Shown: positions 48,308-61,200, numbered from the stretch's first letter. The stretch: 64,000 nt of DNA from Paraspadella gotoi (GCA_051294375.1 CM119267.1:10601045-10665044), one strand, 5' to 3'. Made by a program: numbers and translations. Notes: generated from the letters alone by a model not told the origin.

Positions 48308-48882
48308 TTATTTATCCTTTTTTTCATCCACTTTTTCGTCATCATATTGGTGAAAGGTTCCGGCCATAAGGGTCATGAGAACTACTGAAGCCAAATGAAT
48401 ATAAATAGAATGACGGAGGTGATATGTCCAGTCATTGACGTTAACGGTCGTCTCAGGAGCTTGGGTAAATAGTTCGCAATGGATTACAATGCTGAGGTAC
48501 ATGGCTGAGAATTTGCTAAGAACCGTGGCCCGCTTGAGAAATGTACGAAGAGGGTAAATGAATCCAAATGCCACCGAAAGTTGAACAATGGCGCGAAATA
48601 AAAGAGCTTCCTCTGAATCATCAGCCCATTTTACCTACAAAATTAATAAAATTAAAAAATCTCAAAAGCTGATCTAAAAAAAAAAAAAATGGGGAAAAAA
48701 TTTACCCCGATGGTTCCGTGGTTAACGTAGACGAAGAGATGATCCACAAGTCCACCCATAAAGCCGAAAGAGGCGATAGTTCCAGGAATGAGTCCCATCT
48801 GTATCGCTTGGAAACACCCAAAAATATTCGACGAGATATACCACGCCGTAAAGAAATGAACGTACCAACATAAGACGGCCAT
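48308..48882 (-). CDS. Small (about 167 aa) multi-pass membrane protein ending in dilysine KKDK
   Basis: Exons 48882-48706 and 48634-48308 join in frame over a 71-nt GT-AG intron; about 4 hydrophobic segments; family not recognised. Confidence 0.7.
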
Positions 48883-48910
48883 TGTACTCTATGAAATTAT
48901 GAAAATAATA
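48883..48910 (-). promoter_or_regulatory. Candidate trans-splice acceptor upstream of the small TM gene
   Basis: AATTTCATAG lies 6 nt before the ATG and about 140 nt after the MLH3 stop. Confidence 0.55.
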
Positions 48911-49029
48911 TTTTCAATTCTGTTTAAAAAAAATAATAAATTAGCGCGCTCAATTGAAATAACAGATCACATTTTTTAAATTAACAAATATAGACGACCG
49001 CAGGAAAATAATAAAAAGAATCGACGCAT

Positions 49030-52000
49030 TCAAATTTCTAACAAATTCATTTGTCCCTTGATGAGTTTGCTCAGAGTTTTCAATCGCGATGAATCAGGAA
49101 AATCTTGTTCTAACCGACCCATATCCACGAGAGGGTGAATTGTGGGTCTTCCATGCGCGCATTCGAAAGGATTCCTACATGCGCCCAACTCTGACAAAAT
49201 CTCCGAGCAGCGCGCAGCGTCCAACGCGTCACCGAATTTCACGGCGCCTTTACAAGCGCGTGAATTGAGCACGTTTCTTACGGTGACGGGAAGAGCGGCG
49301 CAACTGGCGCCAGCGCCAGACGCCCAAAGATTCAGCTGTGATTTGACCAATGCCTGGACCAGCTCGTCAAGAACGGAGCTCCGGCGTTGCTTGAGTTCGG
49401 TGATTTCGCGGGAGACGAAACACTGAGGGACCGCGTGGACGAAGAGGGTTCTCATCTCTTTTGATCGACCGTCAACTTGGGAAAAGCCGTCCTCGGACAC
49501 CAACAGGCCCACATTCTCGAATAGCGAATGGAACTTGTAGACGAGTTGATGTTCCTCCGCAGAGATGGCGATTTGTCGCGGGGGTTGGACCGTCGTGCTC
49601 TTGAGACGACGCTGTCTCGGCTCGTCGCTTAGCCCCAGGGTCTCATCGCGGTAAGCTTCTCGTACGAGCCTCTCGAGCCGAATCCGTTCATGGGCCGCGT
49701 GTTGGTCGATTATCATAAGTAGGTCATCGTCTTCCCGATCGTCCGTCTTTGCCGGAAGAAGAGCCAAGATAAACTTCCGGTCCCACTGACCCACGACGAC
49801 GAGATCGCGGACGCGCTCTTTACGCAGCAGCGTTTCTTGTGAACAACCGTAGCGCCTGACTCCTTTCAAATCGGGCGTTCCCGAGTTTTTCCGCGGCGAA
49901 GGAGGCTTATTCCATTTGGGATCTTTCGCCGATTCGATCACTTGAGTCGACGTCGCGACGAGTAAATCCAAGTCTTCTCCGATTTCGATGTCCCCGTCAT
50001 CAATACCCGTATCGCTTTCTTTTTCGCCCTCGATAAAATCGTCTTTTCGATTTTGAGAAGGAGATTTGAGCTCTTCCTCGCGTAGGTTTAAGGGCGTAGC
50101 CATATCGGAGCTGGAAACGTTGAAAGCTTTGTGGATGTCCTGGAATAAATAAGTGTTGGAGCTTACTAGTTTTAATCACCTTAGCATTAATCGCTTCGTG
50201 TAGCGGTTGTTCCCAGTCAGAATAAGAAACACGAAAAACACGAACCAGAGTCGGTTTGCTTTTGTCTTCATTTTCTTCTCCCATTTTGTCTTCTTTTTTC
50301 TCGTCGACGAAATCCCGAAGTCGATTTGCATCGCGTCCATTCTCCACCCTCTTCTCATGCAAATCAGAGTGAAAGTTCAAACCGAAGGATTGAGGCTTGA
50401 CAGAGTCCAGAGTTTCCAGGTCAAAATGAGGCGGGATCGGATCCACAGTGGTTTGTTTGACTTGCTCTGTGTCTTGACCCGAAAAATCTTTTAAATTTAA
50501 TTGGTTCTCTTTTAATCTATTGAAATTACCGAATCCCGTTGTATTTTCGGCGCAAAAGTCTTTGAGATTAATTTCGTCAGCAAAACGAGAGATCGATTGT
50601 TCATTTGTTGAATGGCCCGTCCTTCCGAAGCCTCTTTTGTCGGCGGCCTCTTGCGAGAGCCTTTGGAGTTTTTTCGAGAGACTCTTTTCCGACGTTTTTG
50701 TATCTCGGCCTTTTCCTTCGTCGTGAGATCTTTTGCTTCCAGCGGTGTTCAATTGTTTCGCCACCAGGGACAAAGCGTCGCTGTGGTTTGAATCACTGTC
50801 GATGCTAATAACTGGATTAACAGAAACACGATCTTCTTTTGTCTTTCTATTTTTTTCGCGTGAAGAGAATGAACTTTTCGGAAGGTTTTTAATCGTCGTC
50901 AATGAAGGTTCCGCCGATCGTCGAAAACGGGACAGCTTTGCCATCGTTTCTTTCGACGGAGGGCGAGGGGGCTTGGCAAGATCAGGCAATCTTTTGTTTT
51001 CAAAACCTCTCACGATATCGTCGAGCATCGTCTTGGCCCTCCGAGAGGCGTCGCGACCGAGCGCGACCGTCCCCTCCGTTGGCAATCCAGCTTCTTCCCC
51101 GGCGCCCGATCGATTTGACGCGAGGGAAGTCGACGAGGAGGATGAAACGTGGCTTCGATCGCGCAAAAGCGACGACAGTTCGACTTCTTTCTCCTCGACC
51201 TTTTCTTCCAGGCCGTTTTCTCTGAGAAAACTCTCCACGCTGCTGGTGATCACGAGGTCGACGAGATCCCACGACTTGAACTCGACCAGAGTCTTCCCGG
51301 GATCCAGGCAGACATCGTAGTCTTCCACTGGGCAAGAGATGTTCAGCGCGAAGATACCGTAGACCCGGGCGCCGCAGCGGAGCGGGCTGGCTTTGCCTCC
51401 GCGGCCCGGTTTGCAAAGGGACGACTTCGCCAGGAGAGAGTTGATTGTCTTATGGATCCGAGTCTTGCGCAGGGGCCTCTTATTAAGAAAAAGGAATTGG
51501 AGAGATTTGCCATAATGCGTTTCCAGACTGATGAAGCCACAAATTTTGACGTCGCCCCTTTTGAAGAGAACCTTTTTTAAAAACTTGACGCGGTGGGAGC
51601 CGAAGAGGGCGCCGAATGTTGAAGCGACTGAGGTCGACTTTCGAGTCTCAACGAGAACGACGCCGTCGGATCGAATAAACGTCACTGAGATTTCCGGGTG
51701 GATGAGCGCCAAAGCTTCGAGCGCGCGACGCGTCTTTTCCACTTCCGTCGAGGATTTCATCGCCTTTCGACGAACGGGAAAGTCGTAGAAAAGATCGAGA
51801 ACGACTACGGAGGTGCCCGACGAAAATTTGGAAGTTGCGACGATCCTTTTGGGTTCTTTCGCCATTTTCCCGCGTTCGAACTTAACTTCGAAAACCCCGG
51901 TTCGCGATCGAGCGCGAGAAGTGACGGTCACAAACTGAGCTAGACGCGTCACGCTGGCGAAAGCCTCGCCTCGGAATCCCAGAGTCCGCACGCGCGTTAG

Positions 52001-52327
52001 ATCCTCCAGAGAACGACACTTGCTCGTAAAGTGTCGTTGCCCCAAGAGCGCCAGGTCTTCAGGGAGCATGCCAACGCCATTATCCTCTACGATGACTTTA
52101 AAGGAATTGGGATCGAAAGTAACGACGACGCAAGAGGCCGACGCGTCGATGCTGTTGCAGACCAACTCCTCTACGCATTGTGCCACCGATATGACGGAGA
52201 CCTCGGATCGAAGACGTTCGCGCAAATTAGATTCGAGCCGACGGATAACGGCGCCGGATTTGGTGCCGCGGGATTCGTTGAAGAATGCGTTGGCGCCATC
52301 CACCTCGTCGCAGACGTCAAAGTTCAT
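49030..52327 (-). CDS. MLH3: DNA mismatch repair / meiotic crossover endonuclease MLH3
   Basis: GHKL ATPase (VEELVCNSIDA, EDNGVGM, TSK, LGFRGEA); endonuclease motifs DQHAAHERIRLE, ACKGAVKFG, CAHGRP. A 40-nt intron, 50140-50179, restores the frame. Confidence 0.95.
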
Positions 52328-53170
52328 TCCCGACACATTCGGGGGTCGCCCCTTCCGAAAGAGGCGGAACGAATTTGACTAAGAATAAAGTAGATGGCAT
52401 AAATAGAGATTATTTCCAAAACTACCCTCTAACCAATAATAGTCGTAGCCAAGACATCGACAACTAATGTTTTCATTACGAATGACAACAATCAGGCGAG
52501 ACAACGATCAACAGACAATGGACTAGGTTGAGAGGAATTCGTGAGATCGCTTTGAAGTTTTTGAGAGTGGCGGAATGGAAACGAGTGAAATATACACAAG
52601 TTTAACGCAGTAGAAAATGCTACGTGTGAAAAGTGCGATAATCATGAGCGAAATATCATAGTCACCTTGACTTAAGCTACGAAATTGTATGAAATGAACT
52701 TCCCAAATTAATTTTCCATCGGTATATTTTATAACGCATTCATATCACACTTAAGAGCGAAACACTAATAATTCAATAACGACTCATCATGCGTTTTCAT
52801 GTTTCTACCCTCGAAATCGCTTTGATTATTAATTTATTAATCAGAACAAGTTGTAGATTCGATATTTTAATAGTGGTAGTGATAATAAAAATGGTAAAAA
52901 GTGGGAGGATTTAGAACATAGACTCGATTATTATTAAATTAATAATGATAAAAAATGTGTAAACAAATTAAAAACCCATAATTTGAGTAAGGTTTGTAAT
53001 GCTAAAGATATTTTTCTAATCGAGCGCATTGCGTCAAATTTTACAAAAATTAATTTAAATTACTAAAAAATAGTAAGTCGTAATAAAATTACCCAAGTAA
53101 ATACATTTTTTAAAAAAGTTGCGGGAAGAAAAAAAAATCCTGCTGAATAAAAAAAGATGTTCTAGCTTAT

Positions 53171-56100
53171 CTACATGAACGGTGAGGGCAAAACGAGCGC
53201 CGGCAGGATTGGATTAACGCAGTTAACCCACAGGTTGGCGCAAGACGCGTGATACTGTCGGCCACCGTACGAAAGTTTGAAGGTATCCCCCGAGAGCGGG
53301 TTGTTCGCGCGACTTTTTCCGTCCACATAAAGAAGACAAACTCCACAGAGCTTGTCCAGCGGAGCGCCTGCCAGCATTCCGCTCTTGCGGACCACGCAGT
53401 CGCTAAAGTCTAAGGCGCCCGGCTCAGGCATGATAGAAGGCGACTTGGCCAGAAACGATGTTAGGTTCTGCCAAACTATCTCGATGTCGCGAGAAATTTC
53501 GACGAGTTCCTTGTTGGCAACGCCCAGCGCCTTCATCGAAGCCAAAATGCGACAGGAGACGCGGTAAATCTCCACGATCCCCGTCAAGTATTCTAAACCC
53601 TTTCTTGCAGTTATAAACTCCAAGCAGGCGGCCGCGCTGGTTAAGTTGCTCAGATTTGAATTCGCTTTCTCGATCATTCTGAATCAACAAAAACAATCAA
53701 AAAATTGATCGAAAGTGATAAAACAGAATCCAAATTATTTTTAAAATTTTACCTGAGGCAGGACTTTAAGCATTTAGTCCATTCCATAGCGTGTTTCTCC
53801 GAAGCGCTGAGGTCATCGATGACGGCGCTATATCTGTCGCCAATGAGCGGGAGCCTGTTGGTCATCGCCGCAGCACTCAGTTTTCGAGCCATCAAATTGG
53901 CTTCGTCAAAGGTCGAGTTGTTTGCGGATGAAGCGGCGACGTTAGCAATCGAATTAACGCCATTCACGCCACTGCCGGGGTCTTCACTGGTGACGCTGTT
54001 GTTCTCTGTGGAATGACCATTAAGACTGTCGGAATCGGACTGCGAAGCCGCCGATGTCGCCGCGGGAAGTTCCAGGCTGCTGACGGACTGTGTCTCGGCG
54101 GCGATGCTGCTGCCACGACTCACACCGTTTGCTTCGATTAAATGGGATACGGGATTCTTTGCTGAAAGGTGAACCTCCCCAATGGGTGTGGCTTCCTTAG
54201 AAGAAAATCCGGAGACGAAGCCAGAAAAATCGTTGGCTTCGCCCTCGTCAGGAGAAAAGAACGGATCGGAAAAGTGATAACCATCGTTGGAAAGCCGAGG
54301 CGCCGCAGGTCGGCCGTTCGGCGCCGTCACTGTAGATTGTAATGCCGAAGTTTGCGGCACCGGTCGAGACACGAAATCGCCAAAGTCACTCGAATCGTTG
54401 GCGGCAGACGCCACAGGGATCTGCCGCTTTGTCCCCTGCGAAACAATTCCCGGCGCGTGATTCGTTTGCGCAGCAGGAGTCATGTCAGAGGACGAGAATG
54501 CGGCGAAACCATGAGAAAAGTCTGCCCAACCTTCTTCGCTCGATTTCGTTACGGCGAAGGCGTCGAATTCTTCACTACTGCTTTTTCTTGACTTTGAGCT
54601 GATGGAAAAGCTGTTCAGATTCTCTATGATCTTCTCAGTTGCGCTTTGCCCAGCGGTCGAGGAGGTCGTCGCTGAAGCTGCCGTAGCGGCAGTAGCGCCG
54701 GCAGGATCAGGCCCTGCAACCAAAACTGACGGCGCGGTTGGCGCCCCGGTGGTGGGTTCGGCAGTCACCTCCGTCGCCACCACGAAATCCGCAAAGTCAT
54801 CGTCGACTTCCGTCATGGGGCGAAGATCTTTGAAGGCGGCATATTTGTCGGTCGAGAATGAGGCCGGAGTGGCGGTCAATGTTTCCGATGACAGTGGAGG
54901 CCGAGGGAGAGCGCCGGCCGAGGCACTTGAGCGAAGGGCCGGGGGATCGCCGGACGGGCCGAACGACGCCGTCGAAAGGCCGGATGTGACGCCGTGACTC
55001 TCGGCGTTCGGAGGAAAAGCGGGAGGAAATTGAAAAGCGACGCTAGTGGTCGACGAGGAAGCCGGGGTTTGAGGAGAAACGCTGGTATCTTGGCTGAAGG
55101 AGGTGGCAGACGTCTCAAGCGAAACCACGTGGACGGATGTCACAGGGAGATCCCAATTCGCCGATGAAACGAGAAAACCTTGAGGATTCCCAGGATTCAA
55201 AGAAGAAACGTGGGCCGGATTGAAGAGGTTTTGGGAAAGAGGAGGAGGGCATTGGGAGAGAGCCAGACTAGGTTGAGAAAGTTGAGTGACGAGCGACTGA
55301 GCGCTTGACCTTGAACCGAGCTCTAACTGGGGATCGGGAAAAGCAGCGACGTTCAGATCGTGCTGAGAGTTCGCCGCAAGTCCGCTAAGCGACGACGACG
55401 ACGACAAGGGGTAATGGGCAAAGTCCGATAAAGTCGTGAGGGAGGCGGACGAAAGCGGCGGCGCCGGTGGGAGAGCCGAGAGAGAGACTGACGGAATGGG
55501 AGGGACGGGTGGCGCCGGAGACGGCAAAGACAACACCACAGAAAACGGTCGCGGCGATTGGCAAAAGAGGGGGAGATCCGAGGGATTGTTTCCACTTTGA
55601 ATGAAACCGATCATGGCCATGGCGTAAAATAACTCGGATTTAGTCAATTGGCCCGGGATCGACTTGTTAGAGAGCGACCAGACGTGGCCCAGCAGCTCGC
55701 GAGGGAGACCGGAAGTAAGAAGAATCGGATAGAGAAGGTTCGTATCAATAAGACCCCCAGCGTTGAGAGTCGCGTGGTATGTTTGCAGATAGATTTCTGG
55801 GACGTCCCGATCCTGCCAACCTCCCAGCGTAGGATCCACCGGCCGGGAGGAAGAATACTGGTTAGGTTGAGACGTCAAGCCGGCCGAAGAAAACGCCGTC
55901 GATGTCTGAGCCGCGCCGTTAGTGGCCACGTCAGAGGCGATTCCGGAGCTAGGTTGCCAAGCGACCGTCGTCGGTTTCATCGCGGACGGCTTTAGATAAC
56001 TGTCCATCAAGGCTTCTACGCTTAGTTGTTTGCCTTTTGTAGCGCCTAAATGTAAACATTTTGGTGATATATATCATAAAAACACAGCTAACCTAATGAA

Positions 56101-56894
56101 TGAATTTTTTATAAATTTATTTTCCCCCTTTTCCGCGAACATCACCTGTCATGTTTTGTAATCTCTGTTTTTGCTCCTGAAAAAGCTTTTCCTTCCTGAT
56201 TTTTTCTTGTTGTTGCTGGTGATGCAATTCCTTCTGCTTCATTTGCTTTTGTATCGCGGTCAAATTTACGGGGGTGGCGAACATCTGAGTCGGGTACCCT
56301 CCTGGGATTTGAGACCGGACGACCATTCCCTGTAATTTTTTTCCCATCATTATCACCCAAAAATAATTCAATGTTTAACAAGCATTTGAAATAATCCACA
56401 AATTATTATGCTGTGGCGGTATATTCACACCGCCTCACGTCCACCATCCGTCAGCCAAATCCATTGGCTCAGAGGGGGAACACACCATCCCAGGCGTAGT
56501 GTTCCTTCCACAGTCCTAACGACTTCCCTCTGCGTTGGCAAAGCGAGACCGTCCTAGGGTAACCGCGCCAGTGACTGGAGGCGTCACTGAGGGTCGGAAG
56601 CCCCCAAAGCCAACAGTGAGATGCCCCATCCCAATGGGCATCACAGGCAACCCGGCTGTTGCCATAATGCTACATTTTTTTCTTTTTCAATCAAGATTGT
56701 TTCAACAAGTGTACCTGCTGTCCCGGTTGAACACCGTAAACAGACGTATTGGTCACTCCTCCAGGAGCTAATATCGGCGACGGCATGACGTTGGTGATAG
56801 TGGACGCCGTGGGCATCAGATGAGGTGGATGCTGATACTGAGCGCCATAAACCCCGGGAGTCTTAGCTCCAGGAATTCGAGTGTTTGAAGCCAT
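53171..56894 (-). CDS. SYNRG: Synergin gamma (AP-1 gamma-ear binding EH protein)
   Basis: Pro/Met/Gln-rich N-terminus and coiled coil, EH domain (IDTNLLYPILLTSGLPRELLGHVW), DDDFADF/DFGDF/GWADF motifs, conserved C-terminus CGVCLL...YHASCANLWVNCV. Introns 56331-56714, 56046-56145 and 53679-53751. Confidence 0.9.
56405..56668 (-). ncRNA. Intronic highly structured element (about 264 nt), copy B
   Basis: GC-rich island in SYNRG intron 1. Ends pair (ATTATG..CTGTG with CACAG-CATAAT). Internal helices GGCAAC/GTTGCC, GATGCCC/GGGCATC, CAGTGAC/GTCACTG, CAGAGGG/CCCTCTG, AGTC/GACT, GGAACAC/GTGTTCC, AGCCAA/TTGGCT, GGCGGT/ACCGCC. The 3' half is repeated at 25503-25633. Confidence 0.55.
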
Positions 56895-57126
56895 CGTTTA
56901 ACTTAACGAAGTTGCTCTGCATTTAAATTTAACTTTCATTTTCGAACCCAAACTTTTAACCTAATGGTTTCATCTGCAAAATCGAATACATATGAATTAA
57001 ACTAATTAGGCTATATCTTATGGAGATAAAAAAATAAATAAACAAAAAACTCAAGGGAGTCCGGATCTCCGAATTGACTAACATTGGAGAAGCAGTAAAT
57101 TCCACGCACGCGCACGAAGGAGCGAT

Positions 57127-58107
57127 TCAAGCAACGACTTCGAGCCATTGGACGACCTGCGCCAAGTCCGCTTCTTCGCCCGAATTCAAGCGGCAACTGC
57201 ACTCGGCGAATTCGACGCGATTTGCGCCCAAGTGGGAAAACTCAAAGTCGCGATCCTCGCGCCCGAGAAAAATTTTAGAGTCGGAGTCGTCGCCCGTAGA
57301 CGCCAACGCCGCCGAGCGGGTTTTGCGTAAAGTGTTCAGTTCCGTTTCTGAAGAAAGGGGATGGGAGATCTTGTATGTGAATGGAACAATGCAAAGTTCG
57401 TAAATAAAATTGGATGAACCACAAAAACAAAGAACCAATTTTGAAGTATCGAAGATACAGTAAGCGAATGGGCACAAGAGAGAGGGAGGAGGAGAGGGAT
57501 AGGGGGGGGAGAAGGAGGGAAAGAGATCCTTACCAAGCATGGACTTGACGGCAGTTTTACGCTTGGCGAGCTCACGATCTTGCTTGTTGCAAGCGATTAA
57601 AACTCTGGGACGATTCTTGTAAACAACGGGATCCGTTAGGACCGCGTAAAGAAATTCCGCAACATCTGCAACCGTCTTTTTGGAAATGGTGGCGCTGTCG
57701 ACGACGAAAATGACAGCGAGGGTCAGCGAGGCGTACTCGTCGAGGTACTGAGATCGCAGTCGGTCGTGACCCGGAATGTCAACTATGGTTAGGATCTTGT
57801 CCTTGATCCTGGCGATAAAGTGACCCTTGTTTTCCTTCAATGACGTGTATGTCATCGCGAACCGTTTGTGGACGAGTTGAAGAAAGAGGAGAGATTTTCC
57901 CGCGTCGCAGGGACCAAGAAGCAGCACAGTGCTGCGGCGCTTGGAGGATCCGCGAAGGATGAACCAAAGTAAAGTGATGACGACGACCACGACGCTGACG
58001 AAGACGCTCAACGTCAATGGATTCCCAGCGGCCATCTCGTCCAATACGTTCTGCAGGTAAGATCCAGCATATTCCTCCGTCACTACAACGTTCTCTTTGG
58101 AACTCAT
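57127..58107 (-). CDS. SRPRB: Signal recognition particle receptor subunit beta
   Basis: N-terminal TM anchor, P-loop GPCDAGKS, DIPGHDRLR, FVVDS, LIACNKQD, ELNTLRKTRSAAL; 186-nt intron at 57348-57533. Confidence 0.96.
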   Translation of the reverse strand: MSSKENVVVTEEYAGSYLQNVLDEMAAGNPLTLSVFVSVVVVVITLLWFILRGSSKRRSTVLLLGPCDAGKSLLFLQLVHKRFAMTYTSLKENKGHFIARIKDKILTIVDIPGHDRLRSQYLDEYASLTLAVIFVVDSATISKKTVADVAEFLYAVLTDPVVYKNRPRVLIACNKQDRELAKRKTAVKSMLGKDLFPSFSPPYPSPPPSLLCPFAYCIFDTSKLVLCFCGSSNFIYELCIVPFTYKISHPLSSETELNTLRKTRSAALASTGDDSDSKIFLGREDRDFEFSHLGANRVEFAECSCRLNSGEEADLAQVVQWLEVVA

Positions 58108-58140
58108 TTTCGAATGCGAATAACTAAAAATTAAAAAACA
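58108..58140 (-). promoter_or_regulatory. Candidate trans-splice acceptor upstream of SRPRB
   Basis: TTTTTTAATTTTTAG lies 16 nt before the ATG and about 87 nt after the GANP stop. Confidence 0.6.
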
Positions 58141-58210
58141 TCAGTACATCGAAGGTAAAAAGGATGAAAATAACATTGTTTTTAACAACAATAAACGAAA
58201 ATCAATCTGG

Positions 58211-61200
58211 CTAAGGAAGTTCGTCGCTAGCGATTATGTTAAACAAATCTAACTCATATAATTTATCTTTAAATTTGACCGTTTCTACTTTTCTCTTGAG
58301 AGAGTCCATTTTGAGTTCGATCGATCGAGCAGAATTCGAATTTAATTCATCCAACGGAGATTCGATCTTCGGCCCAGCCAAGGCCTCTTTCGACTCTTTC
58401 GGTCCCAGCGGCTCGTCAACGACAGACACGAGCCAATTCTCGAAATCGGTGGACTCCGTTTTTTCAAGCGAAACCCTTTTGGCCAAGGAGGACAACGAAG
58501 CGTCAAAAGGCCGTATTGACGGAGAGTTTTTGTCAAGGCGAAGATCCATGATTTTTGCGGGTTTAGACGCCTCTGTCTTGAGCAGCTCGATGCGCTTTCG
58601 TTTCGTCGACTTTTCCAGCGTTTCGTCAAATGTTCTCGACAATGAATGATTCTGAATCTTGGGAATTGATTTGTATTTGGGTTCGTTGACGGCAGCCTCG
58701 AGCCGATCTTTGGCCGCTCCGGTCAAAAACATCTCCAGCTCCTCACCGGATCCATTTCGGACCCAGGAATTCGTTGCCAATTTATAGTTAATAGCGGCGA
58801 TAACAATGTCGATCCAGGGCAAGTTCTCCCACAGAGGGGTTCCCAAGTTATTTTTAGCTTCTCGCAACGGAAGAAACCTTTCTTCCAAGCGCCGACGAAA
58901 GCCCCGCTCAGTTTTGTTCATAAGCCACTGAATCCTTGTGAAAAGACCCATGGAATGGACGCGGTCCTCGGCCTCCAAGAGCGAGGTCACGAATCGCCAC
59001 ACTAAGCGCTTGGACGAATCCCAATCCAGCGAATCGTAGTCGAATTTATGATCCTCTTCACAAAGCCCAATTTCGAATTCTCCATAGTCGTCAGCGCTAT
59101 TCGACATTTTCACGTTGCCGTTGGGTGAAAATTTGGGAAGCTTGAGTTTAGTTACGGCATTCGTCAAGTCGATGGTCCTAAAAGATGAGTTCCAGTCGAA
59201 GGGAATCATCTCGGGGTGACGTTCGGCTTCGACGATCGGCCAGCAAAAGGCGGAATTCTCTGAAATTTCGATCTCCCTCGAGAGGGCGTCGACCACGGCG
59301 TTGTGCACGTTGATGAGGTCGTTGGGTCCGGGGTGTAAACCCTCGGCACTGAGAAGGCTCGTCGAGTCCTGTATAAACGGTTCTAAAACGCCCTTAACGA
59401 TGCTGGAATCGACGACGTCTTGCAGCGGTCGTCGTTCAATAAGCGGCGGGGAAGGTAGCCGCGCTGACATCCAGTTGAGACCTTTTTTCAAGGCATCGTT
59501 GTTGTCTATCTTCTCGACGGAATCTTTACTCATAGCGATAATTTCGAAAGCAGTGAGGTAATTAGTCGCGACAAGCTCGTTCAGAATCATCGACAGCTTG
59601 GTGAGGTCAGCCTCGTCATAACTAATAGACTCTGACGGAAACAAAAGAATCACGAGCGGAACCGAAGGAGTGGCCACTTTAGCGCCGAGAATGTTCTTCA
59701 ACAAACGGGCCGAGTTTCGAAGATGAGAACCGTCGAAAAAAGGAAAAATAAGGCCTTGCGTTCCGGACAGCAATCTTTGAGCACATGCGAAAGACTGATG
59801 GGGAATTTCTTCCAAAACCGTCTTCACGCAAATTGTAAACGGTGTCTCAATATAATTTTCTGAGCGACAAGAGTAGAATGCTAAAGTTTCGATCGAACCT
59901 TTAAGATCATATTTTCGCTGAATTTCGGGTGCCACCTGGGCTCGTCTAAACTTGGTTAATAACCATCTGCAGTCAGCGTTTTTATTCTGGTCATGTCCCT
60001 CTGATAAAATGATCGCCAACTTCAAAAAGGCGCGACGTTTACCCTGCAATTGCATTAACTGTTTGCCGAAAAATTCGGTAAGGTCGAACGGCTTCATCGT
60101 CTCCTCTCTGATTCTTTGTTTAGAATAAATTTCTATGGCGATTTGGTCAGAGAGACGTTCGCCAACTTTTGTCAGGTCGGGAACGGACATCAATTTGGGC
60201 ATGTTCTTCTCAAGAATGCCTCCTTCGACAGAGGGTCTCCTGGGAATCATTTCCAACGCCTCTCTTCGTTTTCTTCTCTTAAGATGTTCCGCTCGCCACC
60301 GAGAAAAAAATAAACCGGCAATTCGTTTCTCATGCCGAACCTTGATGCCACTGAGAGAATGGAGAATGTCGCTGACGAACTCGCGGTGACACTCGCGAGC
60401 CACTGACGTCGTCATTTCGTCAACGATACTGGAGACAGTATTATCGTGTATTAGAAGGCAAAGAGAGTCGAGGAAACTTTGATGCAGCGCTTCCTCCACC
60501 TCGGCCATTTCTTCTTCAGCGATTTGCCGAATCATTGCTCCGTAGACAGAATCCATTATTTCGCCAGCGATGCTGGAGACGGCTCGCTTCTCCAATTCAT
60601 CTCGCAAGGCGGCTTCCTTTCTCTTAGCCTCCTCAGCACGTCGCATCTCTTGAAGGAGCCGTTCTCGAGTTTCTCTCTCTTCGATCTCTTCCAATTCTAA
60701 GATTTGTTCCTTGACGAGTTGGCCAATCATTTCGTCCACAGTTTCAAAAACTGTTTCATCCACAACCCGATTGATCATCCCATCCATCATGCACATGTCG
60801 TGGAAAATATCACGCGACATTTCTTGAGATACTTGGAGAACGATATCATCGACGATGGATTCCATAACTGTCTCCTTAATAATATCATTTTCCATCTCAA
60901 AAGAACCGATGTCTTGCGTCGCTATAGCCGCTGGTACGTTTGTAGTTTCGGGGCTCATATCGGCCTCCTTCAGTTGTTGCACAAAGAGCCCATTATCGTC
61001 GAAGCAAGAAGAAGGCTCCAATAGTACTACCGGGGACAAAGGTAAGTTTCCATTAACAATTTCGCCAACGGAGAAACCTTCCATCTTGGCTTCAATGAGA
61101 TCTTTCGCTCTGGAAGCGGTGTGTCCCTCGGGTTCAACCATGCTTCGCCGTTCCAATGATATCACGTCGCCCTCGACTTTGAGCCCGTGGAGCCGACAAA

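Noticed and set aside
45690-50180. Apparent frameshifts splitting SLX4 and MLH3 into two ORFs each
   Set aside because: Explained by ordinary short GT-AG introns (83 and 40 nt); neither is a pseudogene or programmed frameshift.
56534-56668. Apparent extra SYNRG exon (MATAGLPVMPIGMGH…)
   Set aside because: Phase is incompatible with the exon 1 donor; exon 1 joins the next exon directly, and the block is better explained as the structured element.
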